Part shown: positions 28,216 to 36,730 of the stretch, piece after piece
Position numbering within the stretch: position 1 is the stretch's first letter
How the letters are laid out: the number at the start of each line of letters is the position of its first letter
IMG/VR virus record: IMGVR_UViG_3300027887_000330
DNA length: 64,000 bases
Source: a virus
Lineage: Duplodnaviria; Heunggongvirae; Uroviricota; Caudoviricetes
Direction: 5' to 3' (one strand)
Position numbers and translations under genes: made by a program
Notes under the pieces: generated by a model
What the model saw: only the letters and a program-made list of their open reading frames with translations
Databases searched by the model: none
What the model was told of the DNA's origin: nothing

Positions 28216-28605
28216 TTAGCGCTCCACGTGTATGGCTATCTGCCACGATGGCGTATGATAGGGGAGACCTTGGTTGTCACAAAGCTCCTTGATTGCCTGA
28301 TTCCATTCTTTATTCTTATCACGAGAAAATAATTTAAGTAAAATCTGGACCGGAAGAGCTTCGACTCCGCTTTCATCGAGGCCAATGTAGCTTTCTTTGG
28401 CATAAACCATAGCTCTTTCGACTTCCCAGCAATGATGTAGTCCCGCTGTAGACTCTTTATCACAGTCAAGCCTATAGGCTAGGTCTTGTAAAGACTCTCC
28501 TCCAGAGAATGATTCTCGCTCTACATCTTTTGTTCTGAATTCTATCCCATAAAAGATGAAACTCGTTGATGAACTGTTAGTTACAAATTTAGTCCTTAGG
28601 AACAT
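28216..28605 (-). CDS. MFYR-family paralog 8 (MFLRTKFVTNSSSTSF)
   Basis: Conserved N-terminus. C-terminal TPSWQIAI. Confidence 0.6.
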   Translation of the reverse strand: MFLRTKFVTNSSSTSFIFYGIEFRTKDVERESFSGGESLQDLAYRLDCDKESTAGLHHCWEVERAMVYAKESYIGLDESGVEALPVQILLKLFSRDKNKEWNQAIKELCDNQGLPYHTPSWQIAIHVER

Positions 28606-28855
28606 CCAGTTTGCCTTCTTCCATGCATGTTTTCAATTCTTGTTCGTCCGTAATGGCCCGCCCCCCGGCGGTAGTAAACACATACCCACATTCACATGCG
28701 ATGTGACTTATGTATGCGTCATTCAGAAAAGTCTCCAGATCTCCATATTCTATTTCTCCGTCTTCGTCGAAGCTGATGGTCTCAGCCTCCTCCACACCTT
28801 TATAGAGCTTATAAAACTCGTCGCTACCACACCTGGGGCACTCATAAATGCTCAT
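28589..28855 (-). CDS. Small zinc-ribbon protein
   Basis: CPRCGS...CECGY pairs. 88 aa. Confidence 0.4.
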   Translation of the reverse strand: MSIYECPRCGSDEFYKLYKGVEEAETISFDEDGEIEYGDLETFLNDAYISHIACECGYVFTTAGGRAITDEQELKTCMEEGKLDVPKD

Positions 28856-29123
28856 TCAGCAACCCCATGCTTTCCATGTCATCTAGCTCGGCGGCTATAC
28901 CGTCGAGGTCATCCCCGAAATACTCTCGGGCTATCTGCATCATCTCTGCCCTTATGGGCCGTTCCTCGGGTGCTTTTTCTCCCATGCCACAACAGGGACA
29001 ACCCTCCCCGTTTAGGAAGGCTGTCCCGTATGATCCCAACTCGTGTAGGCTACTGAGATCCCAGGATTCCCCACACTTTTGACAATAGATGTCCATCATT
29101 CTCCTTGTCCAATTGCCGCTCAC
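28842..29123 (-). CDS. Small Cys-rich zinc-binding protein
   Basis: CQKCGE...CPCCGMGE. 93 aa. Confidence 0.4.
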   Translation of the reverse strand: MSGNWTRRMMDIYCQKCGESWDLSSLHELGSYGTAFLNGEGCPCCGMGEKAPEERPIRAEMMQIAREYFGDDLDGIAAELDDMESMGLLNEHL

Positions 29124-29314
29124 GCCGCCCTCCCAATAACCTTATGGTTTATAGGAAATCTGCGGCAATTTTTTCCAGAGACAACATCATATTCCCACTG
29201 ATAGCCGCATACCGGGCAGTCATACAGATAGGCAGTAGGCCCATAACCCGCTGTCCTCCAAAATTTGAGTTCGCCCGCTGACCCACAATAAAAGCACTCG
29301 TTTTTTTTATCCAT
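29120..29314 (-). CDS. Small zinc-ribbon protein
   Basis: CFYCGS...CPVCGY. 64 aa. Confidence 0.4.
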   Translation of the reverse strand: MDKKNECFYCGSAGELKFWRTAGYGPTAYLYDCPVCGYQWEYDVVSGKNCRRFPINHKVIGRAA

Positions 29315-29322
29315 TCTACCCC

Positions 29323-31302
29323 CTATAACGTAGCGTTGATGGCGTCCATGAGATCACCCTCGGACCAGATCAACACCTTATTGTCCTTGGCAAAAGTCAG
29401 TTTCTTGGGACCGGCTTCCTTGCCAGCTAAAAGTATGTTAACTTTAGCACTCAAGGAACCCACGCATTTTCCTCCGTACTGAGCTATAAGAGCTTTGAGA
29501 TCCTCGCGCGGGGTGCTGTGATTTCCTGTGACTACAAACACCTTTCCTTTCAGCTTGTCGCTGGTTACGGTAACCGAAGCGACTTCGTCAAACGTCATCA
29601 GGTGTAGCAGCCCGTTTACCAAGTTCCTGTTTACTTGCTGGCTGAAGAATTGTTTTGTGTTCTCTGCAATAGCCGTTCCAATACCGTCCAAAGATAAGAT
29701 GTCTTTAGTATCGGCGTCCATGACAGCTTCCATAGTCTTGAACTTCTCTGCGAATTGTTTTGAGACACTGCGCCCTACCAGAGGAATACCTAACGAATAG
29801 ATGAACCTATCCAGAGTAGTGGCCCTGGCTTTCTGTATGGCCGCTATGATCTTTGCTGCCAGCTTGTCCCCCATCCTCTCCAACCCTGCAAAATGCAAAG
29901 GCATAAGAGTAAACAGATCGTAGGGGCTTTGAATTATTTTCTTATTAACCAGCTGTTCGACGACCTTCTCGCCCAGCCCCTCTATGTTTAGGGCGTCCCG
30001 GCAGACGAAGTGTTTGATGCTCTCAGCCAGTTGTGCTATACATGTTTTATTGGTACAGCGTAAGGCGGCCTCTCCTGTAATCCTGACGGCTTTGCTTCCA
30101 CAGGCAGGGCAAGTATCAGGTATTATGAAAGGACCGTCAGTTTTCTTCTCAGAGACTTTAACGACCTCTGGGATAACATCCCCCGCCCGTTGGATTATAA
30201 CCTTGTCACCGACGTTGATGTTCTTGGCGTTCAACATGTCTTGGTTATGCAGCGTGGCCCTGGATATGGTGGCTTGTCCCACTTTCACCGGCACTAACTC
30301 GGCCACAGGAGTCAGAGTCCCTGTTCTGCCTACCTGCACTGTGATGCTCTTGACTGTTGTCTCTGCCTGTTCAGCCTTGAATTTGAGAGCGATGGCCCAC
30401 CGAGGTGCTCGGGAGGTGAAGCCCAGCTTCTCCTGTTCATCTGTTCGGTTTACTTTTATGACAGCTCCGTCTATATCATACGGGAACTTGGACCTGTCTT
30501 CCTCTATTTTCTTTACTTGGTCTACCAAACCATCCACAGACTTAACATGAAAGGTGACCGAAGACGGAATGTGCAGACTGTCAAGAAAGAGTTGCTTCGC
30601 CGTTTGACTATCTAAATCTCTCCCCTCTGCTAGTAACTCGTACCCGAAGAAGCGAAGTCTTCTCTTGGCCGCCTTTTGAGGGTCGAGATTTCTTACCCCT
30701 CCCGCTGCGGCATTACGAGGGTTGACATAGGTATCTTCTCCCTCAGCCTCTCGCTCTGCATTGATGGCTAAAAGGTCTTTTTTGTAAATAACAACTTCTC
30801 CGCGTACACGGAAGAACAGATTAGAGTCAAACTTACCTCCCACATCAAGAGGGATACCCCTGATTGTCCGTATGTTGTGGGTGACGTCTTCCCCAGTTTC
30901 CTTGTCGCCCCGCGTAGCAGCCAGCACAAACTTGTTAGCGTCATAAACCAGCTCTATCGCTAGTCCGTCGAGCTTAGGCTGCACCACAAAATCAGAAGAT
31001 CCAGTCTTCTTCGCCCACTTCCGCAGTTCGTCTAGGCTGAATACATTATCCAAGGACAGCATGGGGACGGCGTGCTTAACCTTCGTGAAGCTGCTTAGGG
31101 GGGCGGAACCCACGCGCTGGGTGGGGCTAGTGGAGACGATCAGATCAGGATAAGCCTTCTCCAGGTCCTGCAACTCCTTCATCTTCTCGTCGTATTCTTG
31201 GTCTGATATGGTAGGAGAGTCCAACGCGTGGTACTGATAATTGGCGTTGTCAATCTCCCCGCTGAGTTCCTTAATCCTCTTTTCAGCTTGCTCTTTTGTC
31301 AT
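29323..31302 (-). CDS. ligA: NAD-dependent DNA ligase LigA
   Basis: Adenylation motif KLDGLAIELVY (KxDG). OB domain. Cys4 zinc finger CPACGS...C..C. HhH region. C-terminal BRCT (VFVVTGNHSTPREDLKALIAQYGGK). 659 aa. Confidence 0.9.
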   Translation of the reverse strand: MTKEQAEKRIKELSGEIDNANYQYHALDSPTISDQEYDEKMKELQDLEKAYPDLIVSTSPTQRVGSAPLSSFTKVKHAVPMLSLDNVFSLDELRKWAKKTGSSDFVVQPKLDGLAIELVYDANKFVLAATRGDKETGEDVTHNIRTIRGIPLDVGGKFDSNLFFRVRGEVVIYKKDLLAINAEREAEGEDTYVNPRNAAAGGVRNLDPQKAAKRRLRFFGYELLAEGRDLDSQTAKQLFLDSLHIPSSVTFHVKSVDGLVDQVKKIEEDRSKFPYDIDGAVIKVNRTDEQEKLGFTSRAPRWAIALKFKAEQAETTVKSITVQVGRTGTLTPVAELVPVKVGQATISRATLHNQDMLNAKNINVGDKVIIQRAGDVIPEVVKVSEKKTDGPFIIPDTCPACGSKAVRITGEAALRCTNKTCIAQLAESIKHFVCRDALNIEGLGEKVVEQLVNKKIIQSPYDLFTLMPLHFAGLERMGDKLAAKIIAAIQKARATTLDRFIYSLGIPLVGRSVSKQFAEKFKTMEAVMDADTKDILSLDGIGTAIAENTKQFFSQQVNRNLVNGLLHLMTFDEVASVTVTSDKLKGKVFVVTGNHSTPREDLKALIAQYGGKCVGSLSAKVNILLAGKEAGPKKLTFAKDNKVLIWSEGDLMDAINATL

Positions 31303-31519
31303 GTTATCCTCTTGGGGTTGCTGCGGTAGAAGGAAAGACTGTGGTTGCGACTTCGATCTTTCCTTCTATAGGTGTCTTAAAGGGAGAGATGTCGTTCACA
31401 GCTATCCACAATTCTTCCAGCACTCCATTTTGTTTAAAATATTCTTCTGCCTTTTTCATGGCACCTGTTTCGATATCCAATCCCGTGATTCGAACACTCA
31501 CTTTCATTTGCTATTCTCC

Positions 31520-31810
31520 TTATCCATCCATGTAGTCGTCTACTGATCCCTTTATGTCCCAGCAGTAATTGCAGTCCCGGCAGGAGGCAGAGACGGGGGC
31601 GTCCTCAAATTCTTCACTGTCATCTCCGTATTCAAAATCAAAATAGTAAAGGGGCTCATTAGCCACTTGCTGCCAGTATCTATACTGCAGAAAATCTTTT
31701 CCAAAGGTAATCTCTTGGCTTCCACACTCGGGGCAGACTAATTTCATTTCATTGGCCCCGGTGGGATGATTCTTTCCCCTAGAGTGAATTGTTCTGGGAT
31801 CAGGGAACAT
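31520..31810 (-). CDS. Small zinc-ribbon protein
   Basis: CPECGS...CRDCNYC. 96 aa. Confidence 0.4.
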   Translation of the reverse strand: MFPDPRTIHSRGKNHPTGANEMKLVCPECGSQEITFGKDFLQYRYWQQVANEPLYYFDFEYGDDSEEFEDAPVSASCRDCNYCWDIKGSVDDYMDG

Positions 31811-32396
31811 CTATATCTCTCGTGCCAGGGATACACAGGCCACACAACGGGATGGTTCTCGTACCTCTTGTCTATCTCAATAATCATCCACAGGCCGCTT
31901 TTCATTTGGGCCCAGTAGAGTCCTTCTTCTGTGTTTTCAATGTCTATGGCCATAATACTACGGCCCTAATGATTTTAGAGCCCTCCTTGTATTTGTCCTC
32001 GTCATCCGGATGTATCGGATATTCATCTTCAGTGTTAAAGAGGCAAGGGGATATATCCCACAGACGTTTAAACCCGTTGCCTTCTTCATCCCGTGAGACA
32101 TACACGGGTAAATTATCATCCAGGTTTTCAATTTGTTCCTTCAAATCCTTTATCAATAAAGGTTCTGGCATTATCCACTGCTCCTTAAGTTAGGATTAAA
32201 ATAACAATAAGATCCGGGTTGTCTTTCTAGGAACAAGCGGTCCGCCTCTTCTACGGTTTCTACGGAACAGGTGCACCCGAATAACACTATCTCCTTATCT
32301 ACGTGGCATCTAGCCAACTCTATGCCTTCGGGAGTCGGGTAGTGTTCTGTTCCTCTGGCTCTGTACACTTTCACTAATTCAGTCATTGGTTGTTTC

Positions 32397-32873
32397 CTAT
32401 CTGAGAAGCCAGTCAAATACCTCTGGGTCCTCATGGTATATCTGCATGAATGGTTTGTCCCTCATATCCTTAATTTTCTCTATGAGGTATCTACCTTTCT
32501 TCTGTTCTATCACTTTTTGTAGGGCTGTGTCAAGGATTAATTTCCATCTTTCTCGGTAGGCAAGTATCTTTAGGTAAGCGTTTGAAGAAATCTGCTCTCG
32601 TAACCACCGCAGGTAACCGTTGGAGGCCAGGGCCAAGAAGATCTGTTCGGCATCAATATCTTCGTCTTTGGCGATCATTATGGTGTGGAACTTGTCATCA
32701 TTCTCCACGGCATTAGTGACGAACTTAAACCGTAGGCCGAAGGCATCAACATCAACCACGCCGAAAATAGGTTCAGCAATATACATGCCTAGCTGAAAGG
32801 CTACGAGTTCCTGTCTGACATGTTTGATAAGCTCTTCGAGCCTGTCGCGTGTTATCTTACTGGGATCTGACAT
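32397..32873 (-). CDS. Hypothetical protein
   Basis: 158-aa ORF in a gene-dense operon. No motif. Confidence 0.45.
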   Translation of the reverse strand: MSDPSKITRDRLEELIKHVRQELVAFQLGMYIAEPIFGVVDVDAFGLRFKFVTNAVENDDKFHTIMIAKDEDIDAEQIFLALASNGYLRWLREQISSNAYLKILAYRERWKLILDTALQKVIEQKKGRYLIEKIKDMRDKPFMQIYHEDPEVFDWLLR

Positions 32874-33136
32874 TTCTCGTCGTCCTCGCCTAGCATGTTA
32901 TGTTCTTTTAGCCACGCTATGGCTTCAGTCTCGGTTGCACCTAAACTAAAATCACAACTGCTACAAACCCAGTCCCATGTATCAATTGTTTCGGAGTCAA
33001 CTACATCCCCGAAAGCAAAGTACTCCACACCGTCCACGCAATCTACCTCTCCGGTCCACATAGATTCACGCACGTCTTGCATTATATGCATCGAGGTGTT
33101 GCCACATTCAGGACAAACAAAATTAATTTTTCTCAT
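32852..33136 (-). CDS. Small zinc-ribbon protein
   Basis: CPECGN...CSSCDF. 94 aa. Confidence 0.4.
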   Translation of the reverse strand: MRKINFVCPECGNTSMHIMQDVRESMWTGEVDCVDGVEYFAFGDVVDSETIDTWDWVCSSCDFSLGATETEAIAWLKEHNMLGEDDEKCQIPVR

Positions 33137-33338
33137 GTCTTAGTTGGTAGGCTTTCTTGACAGTCTCCGGGGACTTCGTCCCTATCTTTCTTTCCTGTCT
33201 AAGCCTAGTCATTTTCCTTTCTATGGACGCTTTAGAGTGTTTAGGGAACATAAGATCAAGCTCTTGTATGGGCTTATCATAATTCTCTATCAATTTTTGT
33301 GTTTCACTCAGTGTCCACGCCTTTCGCCTTGGTGTCAT
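33123..33338 (-). CDS. Hypothetical basic protein (start MTPRRKAW)
   Basis: ATG at 33338 preceded by GGAGG, which is also the 3-prime arm of the upstream terminator hairpin. Confidence 0.45.
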   Translation of the reverse strand: MTPRRKAWTLSETQKLIENYDKPIQELDLMFPKHSKASIERKMTRLRQERKIGTKSPETVKKAYQLRHEKN

Positions 33339-33341
33339 AAT

Positions 33342-33381
33342 AAAAAAACCTCCTAGCATTTTTGGTATCAATGCCAGGAGG
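33342..33381 (-). terminator. Intrinsic terminator (minus strand) after gene 33403..33678
   Basis: CCTCCTAGCA...TGCCAGGAGG 9/10-bp stem followed on the minus strand by UUUUUUUA. Confidence 0.6.
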
Positions 33382-33388
33382 TTAGTTA

Positions 33389-33400
33389 TTAGGATGGGAT
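33389..33400 (-). promoter_or_regulatory. Recurrent promoter-like motif copy 1 (TTAGGATGGGAT)
   Basis: 51-62 nt upstream of the ATG at 33338, immediately after the upstream stop and terminator. Confidence 0.35.
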
Positions 33401-33402
33401 CG

Positions 33403-33678
33403 TTAGTTGTCTACCTGAAGAACTTTTCCTTTTTTCAGGGCTTCCCGGTAGCTTAGAAAGTAATATTCAAACTCACCCTCCAAGAATTCATTTCCAAGAG
33501 CAGCATAGAAATTCGCGGCCGCTTTGTCGCCCCTTGAGAAAGCCTGGGTCACTTTTGTTTCAAAGAACTTGTCAATAGCAACAAACAACTCGTTGTCCTG
33601 TCTTTTTGCTACCTCTTCTTGGATGGAGGCTTTCATACGGGAGTTGTATTCTTGTTCTGTCTCTAACCTTGTAGTCAT
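33403..33678 (-). CDS. Hypothetical protein
   Basis: 91-aa ORF followed by a terminator. Confidence 0.45.
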   Translation of the reverse strand: MTTRLETEQEYNSRMKASIQEEVAKRQDNELFVAIDKFFETKVTQAFSRGDKAAANFYAALGNEFLEGEFEYYFLSYREALKKGKVLQVDN

Positions 33679-33705
33679 TATTGCCTCATCAGCAGTTAGA
33701 TGTGA

Positions 33706-34026
33706 TCACTCTTGCTCCACAACGATAGTGATCCTGGAACCCCGGGGAATTTTGATGGTTTTAGTAGCTCTGGTCTTCTTTCGCTCGGTCTTTATGGCGT
33801 CGGTGTAGCGGTTGGAGAGTTCTACTAAGCTGCCTACTATACTATTGATAGCTACATAGCCACTTTCACCCAACTTTTCTTTGAGGAGTTTCTCCCGGCG
33901 TTGCCGCGTGACTACTTTTCCTTGTGGAGTTCTTAGTCCGAGACCTCTGGCGATGTCTTTCATCACCTCGTTCTTGACGGATGCCGGGTCTACGACACCT
34001 TCAGGAAACTTTGTTGAGAGTTTCAT
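33706..34026 (-). CDS. Hypothetical basic protein (possibly nucleic-acid binding)
   Basis: Lys/Arg-rich 106 aa. No firm motif. Confidence 0.35.
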   Translation of the reverse strand: MKLSTKFPEGVVDPASVKNEVMKDIARGLGLRTPQGKVVTRQRREKLLKEKLGESGYVAINSIVGSLVELSNRYTDAIKTERKKTRATKTIKIPRGSRITIVVEQE

Positions 34027-34051
34027 TTTTTTCCTTTCTACTATTCATCAG

Positions 34052-34390
34052 TCAACCGCGCTCAAACTTACGTGTCTTTTCTTCCTTGGGCTTAAGTTCC
34101 TTACGCAGGTATTTGAGGGCCTTTTCAGGCATCATGGAGGGCATACAAGTGTAGACATCGAGTGATATGTAGTCATGTTCTGGACTATAATGAGCGCTCA
34201 TGTGCGATTCTGCGAGCATCACGATAGCTGTTGCACCCTGTGGCTCGAATTGGTGTCCCATATAATCGAGCACCTTACAGCCTGCAATCTTAGCCGTGTC
34301 TAACAACAGAGCTACCAAATCATACTCGTTGCTTATCCTCTCCGGATCGCAACCATACCAGTCTAGTAGTAGGTGTGTCCCCTTTTCCAT
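34052..34390 (-). CDS. speD: Pyruvoyl-dependent S-adenosylmethionine decarboxylase proenzyme (SpeD/SpeH type; the pyruvoyl arginine decarboxylase relative is not excluded)
   Basis: HLLLDWYGCD...LAESHMSAHYSPEHDYISLDVYTC matches the class 1 AdoMetDC core, including the ES self-cleavage site. Confidence 0.75.
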   Translation of the reverse strand: MEKGTHLLLDWYGCDPERISNEYDLVALLLDTAKIAGCKVLDYMGHQFEPQGATAIVMLAESHMSAHYSPEHDYISLDVYTCMPSMMPEKALKYLRKELKPKEEKTRKFERG

Positions 34391-34443
34391 CTCATGTTGC
34401 CCTCCTTTACATAGATGTTTAAAATTACAACTGGTTAGTTATT

Positions 34444-34481
34444 GTGGTCAGAAATCTTCCAATGATCCTGACCACTTTTTT
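34444..34481. terminator. Plus-oriented hairpin plus T6 within a 220-nt noncoding gap
   Basis: GTGGTCAG-16 nt loop-CTGACCAC then TTTTTTGTTG. Confidence 0.4.
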
Positions 34482-34611
34482 GTTGTCTCTTCGTCCTCAA
34501 CCAAGCGGGGATCCATCTCTTCCATTATCGCGGCCACGTATTGAGCATAAGGATCTGGATTGATCTTCATAGAATCATAGAGGTCGTGCCACATGTCGTG
34601 GTAGTCAAGGT

Positions 34612-35184
34612 TCATGGACATAAGGTTAAGTCCCTTAGCAATTCTAGGAGCCTATCGAAATGAGCTGCTACAGCATCCCCTGAATCAACGTGCTCCACCC
34701 ACATTTGTCTGAGTAAAGATACTGAAGCATTGGTTCGCTCTACGATGGATCTTTTGTGAAAATCCAGTTTAGATTTCTTTGGTTGGGATGGAGGCGGCCA
34801 TATGATCCTTTCGAAGGCCAATTCTGGGTTTATCTGCAACACAGCCTTATAGATGAGCGTGAAGATGATGTTTTCAGAGTAACAGCTGATGTGATTGCCA
34901 CCCCTCAAGGCCTTAAGGAGAACCTCAGCCTTTGGTATGGTATTGGTAATTACGTATCCCATCCACATAGGTCTGTTAGCAACATCCGGGCTCCCGCTGC
35001 ATCCATCTATGACGTAAGATTGGACCAGCTCGGTAGCCTCGCTTGGTGTGAGAGCCTTGATCGGAATATTGATGTCTATTATCTCTACAGGTTCATTTGC
35101 ATGTATTCGACCACTAGAGAAAGCCTCTCTCATCATCTCTTTCAAAGCTCTTCCGACTGGCTCATAATTTACTTTCCCGATCAC
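34612..35184 (-). CDS. Hypothetical protein
   Basis: 190-aa ORF. No motif. Confidence 0.45.
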   Translation of the reverse strand: MIGKVNYEPVGRALKEMMREAFSSGRIHANEPVEIIDINIPIKALTPSEATELVQSYVIDGCSGSPDVANRPMWMGYVITNTIPKAEVLLKALRGGNHISCYSENIIFTLIYKAVLQINPELAFERIIWPPPSQPKKSKLDFHKRSIVERTNASVSLLRQMWVEHVDSGDAVAAHFDRLLELLRDLTLCP

Positions 35185-35945
35185 GCCGCGTTCCTTATCA
35201 TGCGATACTCAGTGATTTCGTCCTTGGCCTTGTTCAGCAAGGACTCCAAAGCGCCGTGCTTTTCACCAGAGCCCAACAGTGAGTTCTTTTTCAGCAGCTG
35301 TGTAACAGCGCCGTGGAAGCCGCCCAGGTTGTCCTCGTAGCGTGCTACGTTGTCTTCATTTTCTTTTTGGAAGAACAGCTTATGGAAAGCACTGAACCTA
35401 GCGCCCGGTATTACATCCTGCTCTATTGCCCGGAAGGTGAGAGCCTCAGCGTCGGATCTTTTGAGTGGGTAGTTCTTCAAAGAACCTTGCCATTTCTCAA
35501 AACCCAAAAGCTTAACTTCCATCTCCTTGACAGCATCATTGGACAAAGCTTGGAGCTCCTCCTGGTTAAGGCCGCCGGTGTGCTTTCTGAATCGTATAAA
35601 ATCCCCGGAGAACGCCAGGTTATCACACACAAATACTCGTGTTCCGGCTGTGATACCTACTTTGAGTGTCTTGTTGATCGAATTTCGGAAACCGATCATC
35701 CATGCGAGATCACCAGTGGCATGGTCTAAGGTAAAGGCCCCGAACATTTTTCCACCGTCTTGTGAAAGAGAGAAATCCTGGTTTACGATCCTGTGTCCGG
35801 CTTCTCTCACAGATCCGGACAGCGTATTTATTAGCTGCCCGTGCCCTATTACTCCCCACGTTTTGGTTCTGTCCGGTGTCTCCACCGCTAGAACCTGTTC
35901 CAGAGTAGCTCTCCTGGTGTCTACGTGAGCTGCCAATCCTTGCAT
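35181..35945 (-). CDS. Hypothetical protein
   Basis: 254-aa ORF coupled to its neighbours. Confidence 0.45.
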   Translation of the reverse strand: MQGLAAHVDTRRATLEQVLAVETPDRTKTWGVIGHGQLINTLSGSVREAGHRIVNQDFSLSQDGGKMFGAFTLDHATGDLAWMIGFRNSINKTLKVGITAGTRVFVCDNLAFSGDFIRFRKHTGGLNQEELQALSNDAVKEMEVKLLGFEKWQGSLKNYPLKRSDAEALTFRAIEQDVIPGARFSAFHKLFFQKENEDNVARYEDNLGGFHGAVTQLLKKNSLLGSGEKHGALESLLNKAKDEITEYRMIRNAA

Positions 35946-36229
35946 CAGTCCTCCTCGGCGTCTGCCTGGCTAAGCGAACGCGCTTCTGCGGTTATTTCAT
36001 CAATATCTATTTCTTCATCTTGCCACTCTGCGTCTACAACTCCGCTCTCGTCTAACAAATTAACGACCACCACCGCGGGTAAATAGTCTAGGCAGATGTG
36101 AACTGACAGCGAGATGTTTGGCATTTCCACGTGAGAGAAAGACATATTTATACAGTCATCGTCTGTCAGCGTCACACCATTGGAGCCGTAATCCAAATCC
36201 CAGCCCGCAATACGTAATTCAGATAACAC
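35945..36229 (-). CDS. Small strongly acidic protein
   Basis: 94 aa, D/E-rich. Confidence 0.4.
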   Translation of the reverse strand: MLSELRIAGWDLDYGSNGVTLTDDDCINMSFSHVEMPNISLSVHICLDYLPAVVVVNLLDESGVVDAEWQDEEIDIDEITAEARSLSQADAEED

Positions 36230-36585
36230 TATTTTCCTCCTCGCTTTGAGGCCTTTAGGGGGTTAACCATCTTCTCTACCTCTTCGATGATCTCGCGGGC
36301 AGCCATGGGACAAGCATGAACAGCCCATCTCCTGAAGGGGTAGCGGTAGACAGAGCACAGATCTCCGTCTATTTTTCGACAAGGAACTTTTGTTCCTATC
36401 TTTTTCTCTTTGTCTTTTGGATCAGGAGCGTAAGACATATCGGCTGTCTTACACTGCTCCACAACAGGGCCTCTCTCGTCCAAGTTAGCCATAACCACAC
36501 TCCCTTTTGGTAAGGGGGCGGCCATAGCCACCCCAATATGATTACCCATTGGTCGGATACCAATGCCCACATTTAGGACACTCAA
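36229..36585 (-). CDS. Hypothetical protein (true start probably internal)
   Basis: Overlaps the end of a small zinc-ribbon ORF. Internal Mets are at residues 13, 21 and 32. Confidence 0.4.
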   Translation of the reverse strand: MSVLNVGIGIRPMGNHIGVAMAAPLPKGSVVMANLDERGPVVEQCKTADMSYAPDPKDKEKKIGTKVPCRKIDGDLCSVYRYPFRRWAVHACPMAAREIIEEVEKMVNPLKASKRGGK

Positions 36586-36715
36586 ACTTAAAATCTATCC
36601 TGGTGTCATCGAGGTCATAGTCAAAGGTGCGGTCCATCTTTTCTCCACACTCTGGGCATTTTGGTTTGTATCCCCCCATTACAGAATAGGTTCCGTCAAT
36701 TACTCCCTGAGTCAT
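36542..36715 (-). CDS. Small zinc-ribbon protein (57 aa, below track cutoff)
   Basis: MTQGVIDG...CPECGEK...CPKCGHW. Confidence 0.35.
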   Translation of the reverse strand: MTQGVIDGTYSVMGGYKPKCPECGEKMDRTFDYDLDDTRIDFKFECPKCGHWYPTNG

Positions 36716-36730
36716 TAATCAACCTCTCCC

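Noticed and set aside
25700-28610. Regularly spaced 45-nt repeats could be mistaken for a CRISPR-like array
   Set aside because: The repeats are the coding starts of paralogous genes (spacing 250-450 nt, equal to gene length), they are degenerate rather than identical, and the intervening sequence is protein-coding with intact frames.
24478-30550. Plus-strand ORFs 24478..24843, 24898..25188, 25142..25402, 26596..27150, 28556..29056 and 29984..30550
   Set aside because: They lie antisense to well-supported minus-strand genes (PspA-like, the paralog array, LigA), have low-complexity or odd composition, and some span terminator hairpins. I treat them as shadow ORFs.
33706-34026. HU/IHF-like DNA-binding protein
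   Set aside because: Only the overall basic composition and a weak GR..R.G-like stretch resemble HU. The signature beta-arm motif is absent.
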